A DNA stretch of 64,000 bases from Oopsacas minuta (taxonomy: Eukaryota; Animalia; Porifera), in assembly GCA_024704765.1 (NCBI GenBank), contig JAKMXF010000341.1:94884-158883 (forward strand), in the 5' to 3' direction. Below are positions 52,001 through 62,326 of this stretch, piece by piece. A program made the translations under genes and the position numbers. The notes below the pieces were generated by a model. The model saw nothing but the letters and a program-made list of their open reading frames with translations. It did not search any database and was not told the origin of the DNA. Positions within the stretch are counted from its first letter, which is position 1. Each line of letters begins with the position of its first letter.

Positions 52001-55000
52001 GCCAACCCTTTTAATAATTTCTCCAGAATTTCAAAATTTTCTCTTAAATAGGAGTCACAAGACGTCAAATCACGGGATAATACAGGGATCCTGGGAGGGT
52101 TTGCAAGTATATCATTTTATGTTTGATTCAGAGCGGGCCCCCCTTCCTATCGAATTAGGATACAATACGCTACATCTAGACAAAAAAATTCTTCACTAAA
52201 ACGAACAATTCACATAATATTATGGTCTTAGCAGAAGATTATTATGAACTCAGAATATTGTCAACTGAGCTAAATTCTCATCAGTATATTTTCATTTATA
52301 AGTACAATGGTAAGCTTACGAATATCCGTACTTATTTATTGAATAACTGAAGTGCTGAATCAGTCCTACGAAATATTGACAGTATTCATTTGTGTCTAAA
52401 GCTAACTAGCTAAGCTGATCTAGTTGTCCTGAATATTTGGTTAGTCCTAATTATATAATTGATATGTAATAGAGTTCGTCCATTAGCAAGTCGTATTTTT
52501 GCAATAATTTCCTTACAATTAAAGAACTTTGCTATTAGAAGACTATTTTAATAGCACAAAATGAAATGTGCCTGAGAATATTATTGTTTATAGAGAAATA
52601 ATATATACGAGCGCGCTTCGCTTGCTCGCGCTACGCGGTTGCGAACACTTCGTGTCCACACTCGTGCCTACGGCTCTCGAGTGTATACACTCATAATCTT
52701 AACCGTAGCAAATATGATACTGCCATAACCTTTAGAGTATATTTTGAGATTTGGACAATTTGTTTACTTTATATTCATAAAAACAACAATAAATTTACAT
52801 ATGAAATTGTGGAAATCGGAATCAGCATAATGTGTAATTCTTTACTTTTCCTATATCGTCAACAGAAGGATATGTTATTCCCTATATTATACGCAGATCA
52901 TCTTCCCCTATCATTATAATACAAAGTGGACACACACACACACACACAAGTATTGAATTTTAATAACATAGATTGTTATTAGGTGTCGCGTATCTATTTA
53001 TTTATGCAAACAGCTAAATTCATTTCACACCTTTTCTTTACTCTATGAAATTATTGTTTTTTTCGCGATTCTTTTGATTAATTAAGCAGAGTTTGTTTAT
53101 GCATAACTATTTATTTTGTTTGACATAGATAAGGGACCGTTCAATTGTTACAAAAAATTCTCAAATATGCGACCCCCCACCTTCCTGTGTCACCCTTGAC
53201 CGTCTTCTGATACAAACCAAATAGGACTGTCACACTTTGCATACCACCCCCCCCTTTGGCAGCTGCATAATCGTAATCAACTTACGATTATCTATGTCAT
53301 AATGCAATGATTTCTAAATTAATAACAACATCGGAAAAATAACCCATCAAACAATAATAACTTTATCATATTAGAGATAATTTACTGATGAATAATATAA
53401 GTATTACGTTATTAATGATTTAATAGTTTAAATAATTATTATTTGATATGTTAACCTTTGTGATTATTATTAGTTTATTTCTCTTCTTGCGTAACACAAC
53501 AACTTTCTTATGCACAAGAATATGTATAATATCAGCCCATCTAAGTCATCACTAATAATTTCCTGTTTCCTGCCCAAATGATTTGAAAAACGAAAACATT
53601 TGTCTATTATTATATTACAACTTGATAAATCAGTTTATTTGATTACTTTCAGGATAATATTAATATTACATTATTAGAATAATTATATATACTATTTCTT
53701 TTTCATTAAGTATAATGTGATTGTATTTCTAATTATCTTTTGATTAGTTCTAAATCTTTAGGTTTATTTTGCTTACAATGAAGTTTGTAGTACAGAATCT
53801 AATTTAATACGTTATGTCCCATTGTACAGAGGAATAAAGATACGTATTATCTGGGCATTTCACTATTCGACAAGCCCGGCTCGAGCCCGACCTGAGCCAC
53901 GGGCCGGGTTCGGGCTTATGGTCGTCGGGCCTATACTTTAAACCTCCGAATAAACCGGCGAATAAATTTTGAAATAATTTCCTTTCATTCCTTATATTTA
54001 ATTAGACTCATCATCGAAATTTGTATTCAATCACAGTTTCTGACTGTACGATTTGGTTCATCAATTCAATCATCAATTCAATTTTAGAAAACAAATTCTA
54101 AACCATGTTGTAGGTATGTGTCGGGTTGGGCCCGTATGTCTCGCCTCGGCCGAAGAACTCCGCCCGTTGCGAGCTCTACTATCGACAAATAATAAACGTA
54201 CCGAGTGTTCAATAAGTTCGAGTAAAAGTATGCTTACAGTACAGATAGATATAAAAATACTATTTTAAATGTTCGAAATACTCCCCATTAGCATCAATAC
54301 ACCTTTGACACAGTTCTAACCACATGTCAAATAGTCTTGAGTAGCGACTTTCTGATATGAGGTCAATTGCATCCAAAAATGCGGCGCTCAGCTCTGTTTC
54401 CGAATCAAAACGTCTACCTTTTAGATGGCGTTTTATAGTAGGAAACAACCAGAAGTCACAGGGGGCTAAATCTGGGCTATAGGGTGGATGATCGATCAAT
54501 TCTAGCCCCGATTGTTTGATATAGTCTTTAGTTTTTCGTGCAGTGTGAGCTGGAGCATTGTCATGGTGGAATTTCATTCCGCGAAGACCAGTCTTTGGAC
54601 GCAACCTCTCGACAGCTTGGAACATTTGCGGGAGACAATTTTCAGTGTACCAAGTTGCAGTAATAGTGGGCTTCTCAGGAAGCATCACATATTCTATTAT
54701 CCCTCTTGTAGAGAAGAAAACACCAAACATTCGCTTGCCAACCGCCCTGGTTTGCTTAGGAATTGTGTCCGGTTGCTCGTCTTCAAAGATCTATTTTGAG
54801 CTCTGCTGCTTTGATTGAATGTCGTAATAATAGATCCATGTCTCGTCACCGGTTATGACTTCTGACCAGCGTCGCGAATCTTTTTTGGAATACTTTAGCA
54901 GCATAAAACGACAAAATTCTAGTCGACGATTTTTTTGCTCAAAATTTAATAAATGGGGGACCAACTTAGAACAAACCCTCTTTAGCCCAAGGTGTTGGTG

Positions 55001-56518
55001 TAAGATGGTTTCTATTGTCCCCGATGAGACCGAAACCTCGAAAGCTAACTGTCTGACAGTGATTTGCCTATCCTCAGTTACTAGCTTCGATACTTTGTCG
55101 ATATTCTCCTCGGTGACCGCCGTAATTGGACGTCCTGAACGTGGCTCATCGTCAAGGGATGTGTGGCCTAAACGGAATTGACGATACCACTTGTAGATGT
55201 TGGATTTGGTTGGCCTTTGATCTCCAAAGATAGAAAACATCTCACAACTGCAATCCGCAACGTTTAATCCACGTTTGAAATTGTAGAAAATTATGGCACG
55301 GAAATCTCTCTTATTCCAATTTTCCATAATATTAAAATATTGAAATTGAAGACTATAAAATTGGCTACAAAAAATCGAGTATAGTACTTATAATCCTGAA
55401 ATTTGGTTAGGAAGTATGGATTCACTAGGTATGTATGTGGTTACGTTAAATTAGCTCTACTGTAAGTGTTTTGTATAGTTTACTCGAACTTATTGAACAC
55501 TCGGTATATGGATAATTATCTATATCATTATTTTAGCTTTCTCTGGATGTCACACCCCTGTTTCTGTTTGAACTCCCGTAAATGGATAACTTAAGTACCA
55601 ATCAATACGCAATTATCGATATCTCGGGCGTAAAAATTATTAAAAATTAGAAATTCCACCGCAGTCAAAGGTTATGACGTCATTTTTCACATATCATAAT
55701 CTGGCCAATCATTTCATTGGCTCTGGATTGTATTCTGAATGCAATTCTTATGGGAGAGGATACAATGAGGTATAAAGTACATAAATTGACAAACGATGCA
55801 TACTGCAGGGACCATATGGGGATATGAATCCTACGTGCCTGAATTCCTCACTGATATTCCTTCTGCCCTTGGGTACATACAACAGTTCTCATTTAGTAGT
55901 ATAGAGTATGCATTTCAGAATATTACTTGCTCTCACCGGATACATGGGGCTAGGGGTAACTAAGTATGCTGTCTTAATGTAACCTGACAATATCACTACT
56001 TATAGATAATAACCGGATCTCATGACTCTACTATCCGTCTGTGGGATTTGACCGCTGGTAAGACTCATGCTATTCTAACTAACCACAAGAAGAGCGTACG
56101 TTCTCTCGCTTTGCATCCAGAGGAATTCACCTTCACCTCAGCTTCTCCTGACGTAATCAAGCAGTGGAGATTTCCAGATGGGAACTTCATGCAGAATATG
56201 ACCGGACAGACAGGCATTATCAACTGTATGGCTGTTAACCCAGATGGAGTCTTGGTGAGTGGAGGGGATAATGGAAGTCTGTTCTTCTGGGACTGGAGGA
56301 CAGGATATAACTTCCAGAAGGCACAGACTATCGTACAGCCTGGATCCCTTGACTCAGAGGCAGGACTATTCTGTATGACCTTCGACAAGAGCGGAACAAG
56401 ACTCTTGGTCGGGGAGGCTGATAAAACTATTAAAGTATACAAACAGGATGAGACAGCAGACGAGGAGTCACATCCTGTTGTATGGAAGTCTGAAATACTT
56501 AGAGGAAAGAAGTACTAA
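43058..56518 (+). CDS. PLRG1: Pleiotropic regulator 1 (Prp46; WD40 spliceosomal NTC component)
   Basis: Exons 43058-43468, 44906-45181, 45363-45557 and 56006-56518, all phase 0 with GT-AG introns, about 464 aa. Diagnostic [63 protein letters not shown] and [21 protein letters not shown]. The start could also be the ATG of MVKHS. Confidence 0.96.
43505..43930 (-). mobile_element. Helitron-like copy in PLRG1 intron 1 (3' part)
   Basis: Begins on + with gcttcgcttgctcgc, the reverse of the family 3' hairpin. 43670-43930 is an inverted copy of 44570-44800. Confidence 0.6.
44053..44250 (-). other. Exon-like fragment resembling the NRF1/EWG or MADS-type DNA-binding region
   Basis: AAACAG acceptor, then [64 protein letters not shown], then a GTAAAT donor-like site. 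Similarity judged by eye only. Confidence 0.3.
44507..44800 (+). mobile_element. Helitron-like copy in PLRG1 intron 1 (5' part)
   Basis: A|TCTATATTACTAAATCTCAATTGTTGTCTGTTTGTTTGTCCGTTGTCAAGG start, as at 27256. Confidence 0.65.
45725..46552. mobile_element. pogo/Tigger-like non-autonomous DNA transposon
   Basis: TIRs CAGTGGAGTCTCC / GGAGACTCCACTG with subterminal ccgagaagcggacaa...ctacaacggac motifs. The left flank is TA and the right flank is TG. Confidence 0.75.
48831..49070 (-). pseudogene. Probable frameshifted short bZIP (same shortened basic region as 57075-57398)
   Basis: KKQVLSPNE lies in a neighbouring frame immediately before [45 protein letters not shown] (heptad pattern). Antisense within PLRG1 intron 3. 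Confidence 0.45.
49990..50830 (+). mobile_element. Degenerate IS630/Tc1-like transposase relic
   Basis: HTH-like [79 protein letters not shown] and catalytic-like [11 protein letters not shown]. Stops and frameshifts present. Confidence 0.75.
52608..52830 (-). mobile_element. 3' part of the Helitron-like family
   Basis: A|CGAGCGCGCTTCGCTTGCTCGCGCT on + is the hairpin (AGCGCG...CGCGCT) and CTCG|T end read on -. It continues with the family-specific aatcttaaccgtagcaaa. Confidence 0.7.
52930..52948. repeat. (CA)n microsatellite
   Basis: acacacacacacacacaca. Confidence 0.9.
54201..55504 (-). mobile_element. Full-length mariner DNA transposon (1304 bp)
   Basis: Perfect 26-bp TIRs CCGAGTGTTCAATAAGTTCGAGTAAA (54201-54226 and 55479-55504) with a TA target duplication on both sides. 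Located in PLRG1 intron 3. Confidence 0.97.
54260..55327 (-). pseudogene. Mariner DD34D transposase with a single premature stop
   Basis: The two listed ORFs are in the same frame, joined through a TAG at 54793-54791 where Trp is expected (KQQSSK*IFEDE). Motifs [26 protein letters not shown] and [14 protein letters not shown], with 34 residues between the second and third Asp. Confidence 0.95.
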
Positions 56519-57074
56519 TGATAGAGAATATTGAATGGTTGGTTATTGAAGCAAGTGAGAGCTTTAAACATACTAGTTTAAGCCATGAATTGATAATTCA
56601 TTTAATTTATGCTGAAACTTGTTTCTTATAGTTTCACTTCTTTAAATTCAATAGAAACATTTAATACATGCTAGCCTAGTCGGATACAAGGAATTTCTCT
56701 ACGCAAAATCATTTGATACATTATTTGCTTGGATTGTGAAATAATGTGAATTGAGTTAATACTGAAACAGAAATGATGTAGTCTTAGAATCAATTCTCTT
56801 AAATCATAGCTATCTGTTCTTCTTGTGAGTTATAAATTGAAACTGTAAATAAGATAATATTTACAAATTACAAATTACCAATAATCCACTTGAAACCGCT
56901 TCCACCAGCATTATGACTCCTGCACACGAGGCTGTATTACGCATAATATTTATTCCTGGATGTACCTTAATACGAATTTATTATAATTCTAATTAATTTT
57001 GTATCAAAACAACATTTAAAATTTGAATAAATAGAGAACGAGAATCGAATAATGAATGTAAATAATTATACTTA

Positions 57075-57398
57075 ATGAATTCCAAAATTAAATACACTTA
57101 CTATCTGTGGAAGATTGATCTCAGTATTGATCAAGTTGTGAGCTTCGAATGGGACAGGCTAGCTTTCAGAATGTTAGAGAAACAACTAACTATTTCTGAG
57201 AAGAATTTTATTAAGAGATTTAGGAAACGTGAGAGGAATCGTCGTAAGTATCAGAATGAATTTGATAATCTTTCCTCGAAAGTCCAAACTCTACAATTCG
57301 AGAAGAAATTATTAAAGTTAGAGAGGGAGAAGCTTCATGAAGAGATAGCTTATTATGAGAAACATTTTTCCAGTATAAAACCTATAATTTTTTATTGA
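57075..57398 (+). CDS. Small CNC-like bZIP protein with a shortened basic region
   Basis: 107 aa intronless. IDLSIDQVVSFEWDRLAFRMLEKQLTISEKNFIKRFRKRERN aligns with the CNC motif (IPF.VEKIINLP..DFNEMMSK.Q....QLALIRDIRRRGKN), followed by a zipper LSSKVQTLQFEKKLLKLEREKL. Confidence 0.7.
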   Translation: MNSKIKYTYYLWKIDLSIDQVVSFEWDRLAFRMLEKQLTISEKNFIKRFRKRERNRRKYQNEFDNLSSKVQTLQFEKKLLKLEREKLHEEIAYYEKHFSSIKPIIFY

Positions 57399-58258
57399 AC
57401 CTATTATATTAACAGTTTATACATACTTGTGTTATCATCCATTTCCAATCAACATACAAATTGAAGACTATAGATTGAGTTTATACTATGTAGGATATCA
57501 GAGACTGAGGTAATCAGAGATCAAAGAAAATCACTCATCATATTGTATGAGGTTACTACTTATTAATTCATTTGTTAATAATTTTAATGTCTCAATAATG
57601 GCATATAGCATAGTGTATCCTATAAACTTAGTAGCCCCCGTTTGGATATTCCGTTTCAGTAATCGGATATCCACGAGTAACCGAGCATACTACAAAACTG
57701 GAGCTCAAGGAATACACTGGTTATAGATCTAGAGGTATATCCAGTTATCTGACTTATCCGGTGCGCCATACAATGGATACTATATTTTATATTTTATCTA
57801 ACTTTAATCATACCCAATCGAAATGGTATATGTCTCCATTTCCACCTCTGCATACTCTAAATAATGTTTTTAGCGTCAGGCTATGGCCCGATTCGCCAAG
57901 TTTACGGTCTTGAACTATGGACGAAAAAATAATACACTCATGATACGTGCAGTACAATGAATGTGGTATGTTACTCATACCCAGCTAAATCAGTTTCTAC
58001 TATCTTACTGTATGATTGTATGATTCCTCAAGTCATACATGTGAATCCTGGTTTCATTACATTAGGGAATCTATCCTTCATTTTGTAACAAAGGTTAATA
58101 CTCAAGCAATGGAAATTACTTAACTATTCATATCATATATACGTATGTAGTTACATATACACCGCACATGCACATTACTTATTTTTATACACAAATTGTA
58201 AGTCAATAGCAATAAATCTTATCTGTCCCATTCTACAAATAGTATATACTTTCTCAAA

Positions 58259-61200
58259 TCAATTAGTATTCGTGTTAACTGCTAAACTGAGCTTAGTAAG
58301 AATACTGTCACGCCTGTGTAGAGGCTGTGAGCTACTCTGTTTCGGTTTCTCAACAATCCTCGGCTCCTCTAGCTCCTCACCTTCATCTCTGGCACTCAGT
58401 TGTTTGTAGATCTTAGCAGACACACCTCTAACGAATGGCATATTTTTAGGAAATATCTTCATAACTTTAGCCCGGAATTTGTAATTATCTAGTTTAGCTC
58501 CGATCTTCAGTATTACGTATATAATAATAGCACAAAGCATCAAGACTAGAATTAGTGAGACCAGAATCAGCTGGAACACATCCAAGTAACTATAATTTAG
58601 TGTAACTCCGTTGTCTATAATAAACATTAATGAGAGTAAGATCCATCCAATGCACTCTATTATGTTAGCACTCCTCTCCTTGTACGGCCACACACTGATA
58701 TGCACTATCATCAGGAACACTATGGACATAGCTAAAATGGAGCTACCTACCTTAGGCTCAGTGTCGTGCGCCACTAGACCGATTGCCAGTAGAAGAAATC
58801 TGATGAACTCCCATCCCCAGTGGAAACGTCCATACGACTTGAAGGGCAGAATCAGTTTATTGAGGGTATAGAATCTATTTGTACTCCACTTCAGTGAGCC
58901 TAAGATGAGCAGAACTGGTACTGGTAGAACACATATGAGAACCAAAAAGAACACAAATGTCATAAAATATGTATACCCGTTTTCAGTTGTGTAGCACTCA
59001 GTTGTTCCGCTATATCTGTTCCTAAACTCAAGATTATGAGTGTAATTTGGTATTTGGATACAATATGCAAAGTCTAGGAATACTCTGAATAAAGATATAC
59101 ACATGATATACCACAAGAAGAGGGCAGGTGATATCAAACGTCTAATCTTAAACTTGTGATGGAATGAAGAAGAAGGAAATCTGTACGAAACTGCGCTTAA
59201 AATCGCGAATATTATCAATACAACTGATATAGTAACGACAGGATATAGTGCTAGCATCTCTGTTTTCGTGAAATCTACATCTTTAAACGCTGGGGATATC
59301 AAATAGAAATTTAGGACAGAGAACCCTTGTAGTATTTGTATAGATCGTAGTTGCCAGATATGCTGAATCAAATTAAAGCTGTAATTGATATAAGTTAGGG
59401 AATACAAGAGGAGAAAGAATATGCGGAATCCGTTCCAGAATTTGCACCGGAAAATTAGGATAAGACACGCGCATACAAAAGTCAAGATGATGTAGACAGC
59501 CATTAGAGCATAGTTATTAGATTCTGGGGCAGGTACACATTCTACTGAGAATGGAAGAAATGTATAATTTTCCTTGCAATTTCCGCATAAATCTCCTTCT
59601 CTGTTTAGCTCCGCTACACATAGTTCATTTGGGTCTTTTGGTATGGTGCAGCTAGTACCGTGGTGCGAATTGTCTGGATCACAAGCACAAGTACTGTGCG
59701 CACATTTAACAATAACACTACTCAATGAAAAGTTACTATTTCTATCCTGCCTGGTAATACCCCAATACCCTGACTCGATATACACGCTACCAGTAGATGT
59801 GCATCTAACTACTCCATTTACTTCCTTGTTATAATTGCAAGTACATATACCCAATGGACTAAGAGAATATCCTATATCACAATAAGGATTGTTGATAGTG
59901 AGCAGGTTATTCTGGTTGTACGAATTTTCTGAATTAATTGACTCGATTCCACTTTTGATTTGATAATTAAAAGTTACATTTTCTGGTATAGAATCAGTAC
60001 CGCTTACATTGTACAGAAAATACGGCATGTTGTTCAGTAGACATTCACCGGATTTCTCGTCCTTACATTTCTCGTCCTTACATTTCTCGTCCTTACATTT
60101 CAAGTCCTTACATTTCTCGTCCTTACATTTCAAGTACCTGTTAATATTTGAGGGAGTTAATACATAATAGCTCTGATCAAGTGTAATAGATGGAGTAGGT
60201 GATTCAAACCTTACTACAGCAATAGTAGCTTGATCGAGCTGGTCTAGTGGTTCATAATTTATAGGTATTTCAATCCCTGGACCTTGTTCGTGAGAAGTAC
60301 CTTCTTCTATCATACGTAGTTTTTCAACTGAGCTTGCTATTGTTCCATAATATCTTCCGAGGTATGTTAGTTTCCCTTGAGAGACAGTGTTGTTTATGTA
60401 GATAAAATTATTCGTGTAGTTGAATGCTTTGCCCAGTTCTATCCTACCTTCGTATAGGGAACATTGTCTGAGATCAGTTACGAATACTGCTCCTCCTCCT
60501 GCACCAGCATCATTATTAACGAATTTCAATTGGCTCTTCCATTCATTAGGTGGAGTTCGTATAGATGGGAAGTACCCCAGCAAGCAGTACGAGTTGTATA
60601 TGCTAGAGGCTGAATACCCATCCCAATTGCCAAAGTAGTGAAAAATAGCTCCACCTGCTATACTCGCGGAATTATTGTTGAATAAAATGTTAGCACTATC
60701 AGTAAGCAGGATCTTAGACCATTTCCTCGCGTGGATAGCCCCGCCTGAATAAGCACTCAAGTTATTAAAATTCATTTTCCCATATATTATAACTAGTGAT
60801 TGAATCAAGAGCAGACCGCCTGCTTCGCTGTTAGAAATATTGTTACTCTCCGCGAAACCAAGGATGAAATTCTCTGCTAGAATTGACCCAAATGTAAGTC
60901 CATTAGGAGTGCTATTGATTTTATGGTTGAAAGAGAAATCGCATTCAACGAATATAATAACTGGATGTTGCTTCTTAGCTGGGGAGTTGTATGCTTTCAA
61001 ATACGCAGCATGTCCACTGCTAATCTTACCAGAGTAGTTGCGAATAAATTTTGTTCTTACTAGGTATGAGAAGGAAACGCGTTCTGTCGTTAAGTTAGTT
61101 GAATGATCGATTAAATTGAAATTATGCGACTGATCTGCTATTAGGGCAGCTATTCCTCCTCCAGCTATGCAACCTTGATTAGATTCTATATGACTGTCGA

Positions 61201-62326
61201 TAATTTCTAGATAAAAGTTATGAGCCTCAATTTCCTGCATTAGGTATACTCCCCCTCCCAGATATCCAGCTGTATTATTATTTATGGTAGAGTTCTGAAT
61301 TACAATACTTCCATTAGCCATTCCATCACACACGTGTATGAAAACTGCTCCCCCACTATCGCAAGCTGTGTTGTTAATAAATACGCTATTGTTTATCAAC
61401 ATTGAGCCAGTACTACTTGTGAATGCCATACCCACTGCCCCCCCGAAAAATGATGTTGGTATGGCATTTTTATCTACGTTATGGACACAATGAGTCTCTG
61501 TGTGGTTAATTTTCTGACACCTGTTGTTCTTGAATATCACCTCGTTTAGCGTAACTCGATCTGTCGGTGTTCTATCTGTCATTATTACTGTTATACCCAA
61601 GCTAAATGCGATCTGATCCTCATTCAATTTACCAATAGACTTTTTGAGTGTTTTGTTGTAATATTGTCGAGTATTTTGAATGGTGCATTCACGTATATCA
61701 ACATTACTGTCTATTATCAGTATTGGAGATTGTTCATTATCATCGAATTCAATCCCCTTGATGGTAACATTCGTGCAATTCCGTAGTGTAATGATACTCT
61801 CTTCACCATTTCGGCAATTTTTGTATTTTTGATTCGAAATTTGGGTATATGATATCCAATCTATGAAGGACAATGCTCCAATTGTTTCATCGTTACCCTT
61901 ACCCGGTGGACATGAATATGGATTTTCATAAATGTGGTGGGTCACGACTACTTTATCAAACTGGAAATGAGGCAAGACAGATTTTTGATCAAACACTATT
62001 GTATCCAAAACCTCCCCAATATCAATCGTTATCTTCAGTTCTCCAACTCTTATTTCTTGATATTCTGTCTGGTTCAGAGCTTCATTAAGAATCCCAAATA
62101 TCTGGTCCAGACTCTGACCGTGACACAACTTCGGTATGAAATCTGTATGTACACATGTATAGGAATCAGGTATTGCAGTATATGCCATACAAAAGCAGGG
62201 ATCAGTGAGATGGTAATTAGTCAGCATTATGTGAATGTAATACCAATATTTGACATCTCCAGCCACGACAGGTGCCAACGCAAAGCATAAGAAGACTAGG
62301 ACGTGTATCCGATTGAGCGTAGCCAT
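58259..62326 (-). CDS. Cell-surface protein: signal peptide, pectin-lyase-like beta-helix (GGA[I/V] / FxxN repeats), Cys-rich stalk and about 9 TM segments
   Basis: Single 1355 aa ORF with a hydrophobic N-terminus and repeated FINNTACDSGGAVF, NNTAGYLGGGVY, FNNNSASIAGGAIF, FVNNDAGAGGGAVF. Cys-rich C..NREG.LCG.CKENY. TM domain with PFK..GRFHWGWEFIRFLLL and VWPYKERSANIIE. Confidence 0.88.
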   Translation of the reverse strand: MATLNRIHVLVFLCFALAPVVAGDVKYWYYIHIMLTNYHLTDPCFCMAYTAIPDSYTCVHTDFIPKLCHGQSLDQIFGILNEALNQTEYQEIRVGELKITIDIGEVLDTIVFDQKSVLPHFQFDKVVVTHHIYENPYSCPPGKGNDETIGALSFIDWISYTQISNQKYKNCRNGEESIITLRNCTNVTIKGIEFDDNEQSPILIIDSNVDIRECTIQNTRQYYNKTLKKSIGKLNEDQIAFSLGITVIMTDRTPTDRVTLNEVIFKNNRCQKINHTETHCVHNVDKNAIPTSFFGGAVGMAFTSSTGSMLINNSVFINNTACDSGGAVFIHVCDGMANGSIVIQNSTINNNTAGYLGGGVYLMQEIEAHNFYLEIIDSHIESNQGCIAGGGIAALIADQSHNFNLIDHSTNLTTERVSFSYLVRTKFIRNYSGKISSGHAAYLKAYNSPAKKQHPVIIFVECDFSFNHKINSTPNGLTFGSILAENFILGFAESNNISNSEAGGLLLIQSLVIIYGKMNFNNLSAYSGGAIHARKWSKILLTDSANILFNNNSASIAGGAIFHYFGNWDGYSASSIYNSYCLLGYFPSIRTPPNEWKSQLKFVNNDAGAGGGAVFVTDLRQCSLYEGRIELGKAFNYTNNFIYINNTVSQGKLTYLGRYYGTIASSVEKLRMIEEGTSHEQGPGIEIPINYEPLDQLDQATIAVVRFESPTPSITLDQSYYVLTPSNINRYLKCKDEKCKDLKCKDEKCKDEKCKDEKSGECLLNNMPYFLYNVSGTDSIPENVTFNYQIKSGIESINSENSYNQNNLLTINNPYCDIGYSLSPLGICTCNYNKEVNGVVRCTSTGSVYIESGYWGITRQDRNSNFSLSSVIVKCAHSTCACDPDNSHHGTSCTIPKDPNELCVAELNREGDLCGNCKENYTFLPFSVECVPAPESNNYALMAVYIILTFVCACLILIFRCKFWNGFRIFFLLLYSLTYINYSFNLIQHIWQLRSIQILQGFSVLNFYLISPAFKDVDFTKTEMLALYPVVTISVVLIIFAILSAVSYRFPSSSFHHKFKIRRLISPALFLWYIMCISLFRVFLDFAYCIQIPNYTHNLEFRNRYSGTTECYTTENGYTYFMTFVFFLVLICVLPVPVLLILGSLKWSTNRFYTLNKLILPFKSYGRFHWGWEFIRFLLLAIGLVAHDTEPKVGSSILAMSIVFLMIVHISVWPYKERSANIIECIGWILLSLMFIIDNGVTLNYSYLDVFQLILVSLILVLMLCAIIIYVILKIGAKLDNYKFRAKVMKIFPKNMPFVRGVSAKIYKQLSARDEGEELEEPRIVEKPKQSSSQPLHRRDSILTKLSLAVNTNTN
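60053..60133 (-). repeat. Coding 15-bp tandem repeat (KCKDE)x5
   Basis: tttctcgtccttaca units. Translation KCKDEKCKDLKCKDEKCKDEKCKDEK. Confidence 0.95.

Noticed and set aside
54730-54793. Programmed frameshift between the two mariner ORFs
   Set aside because: Both ORFs are in the same frame, and a single TAG at a conserved Trp explains the split.
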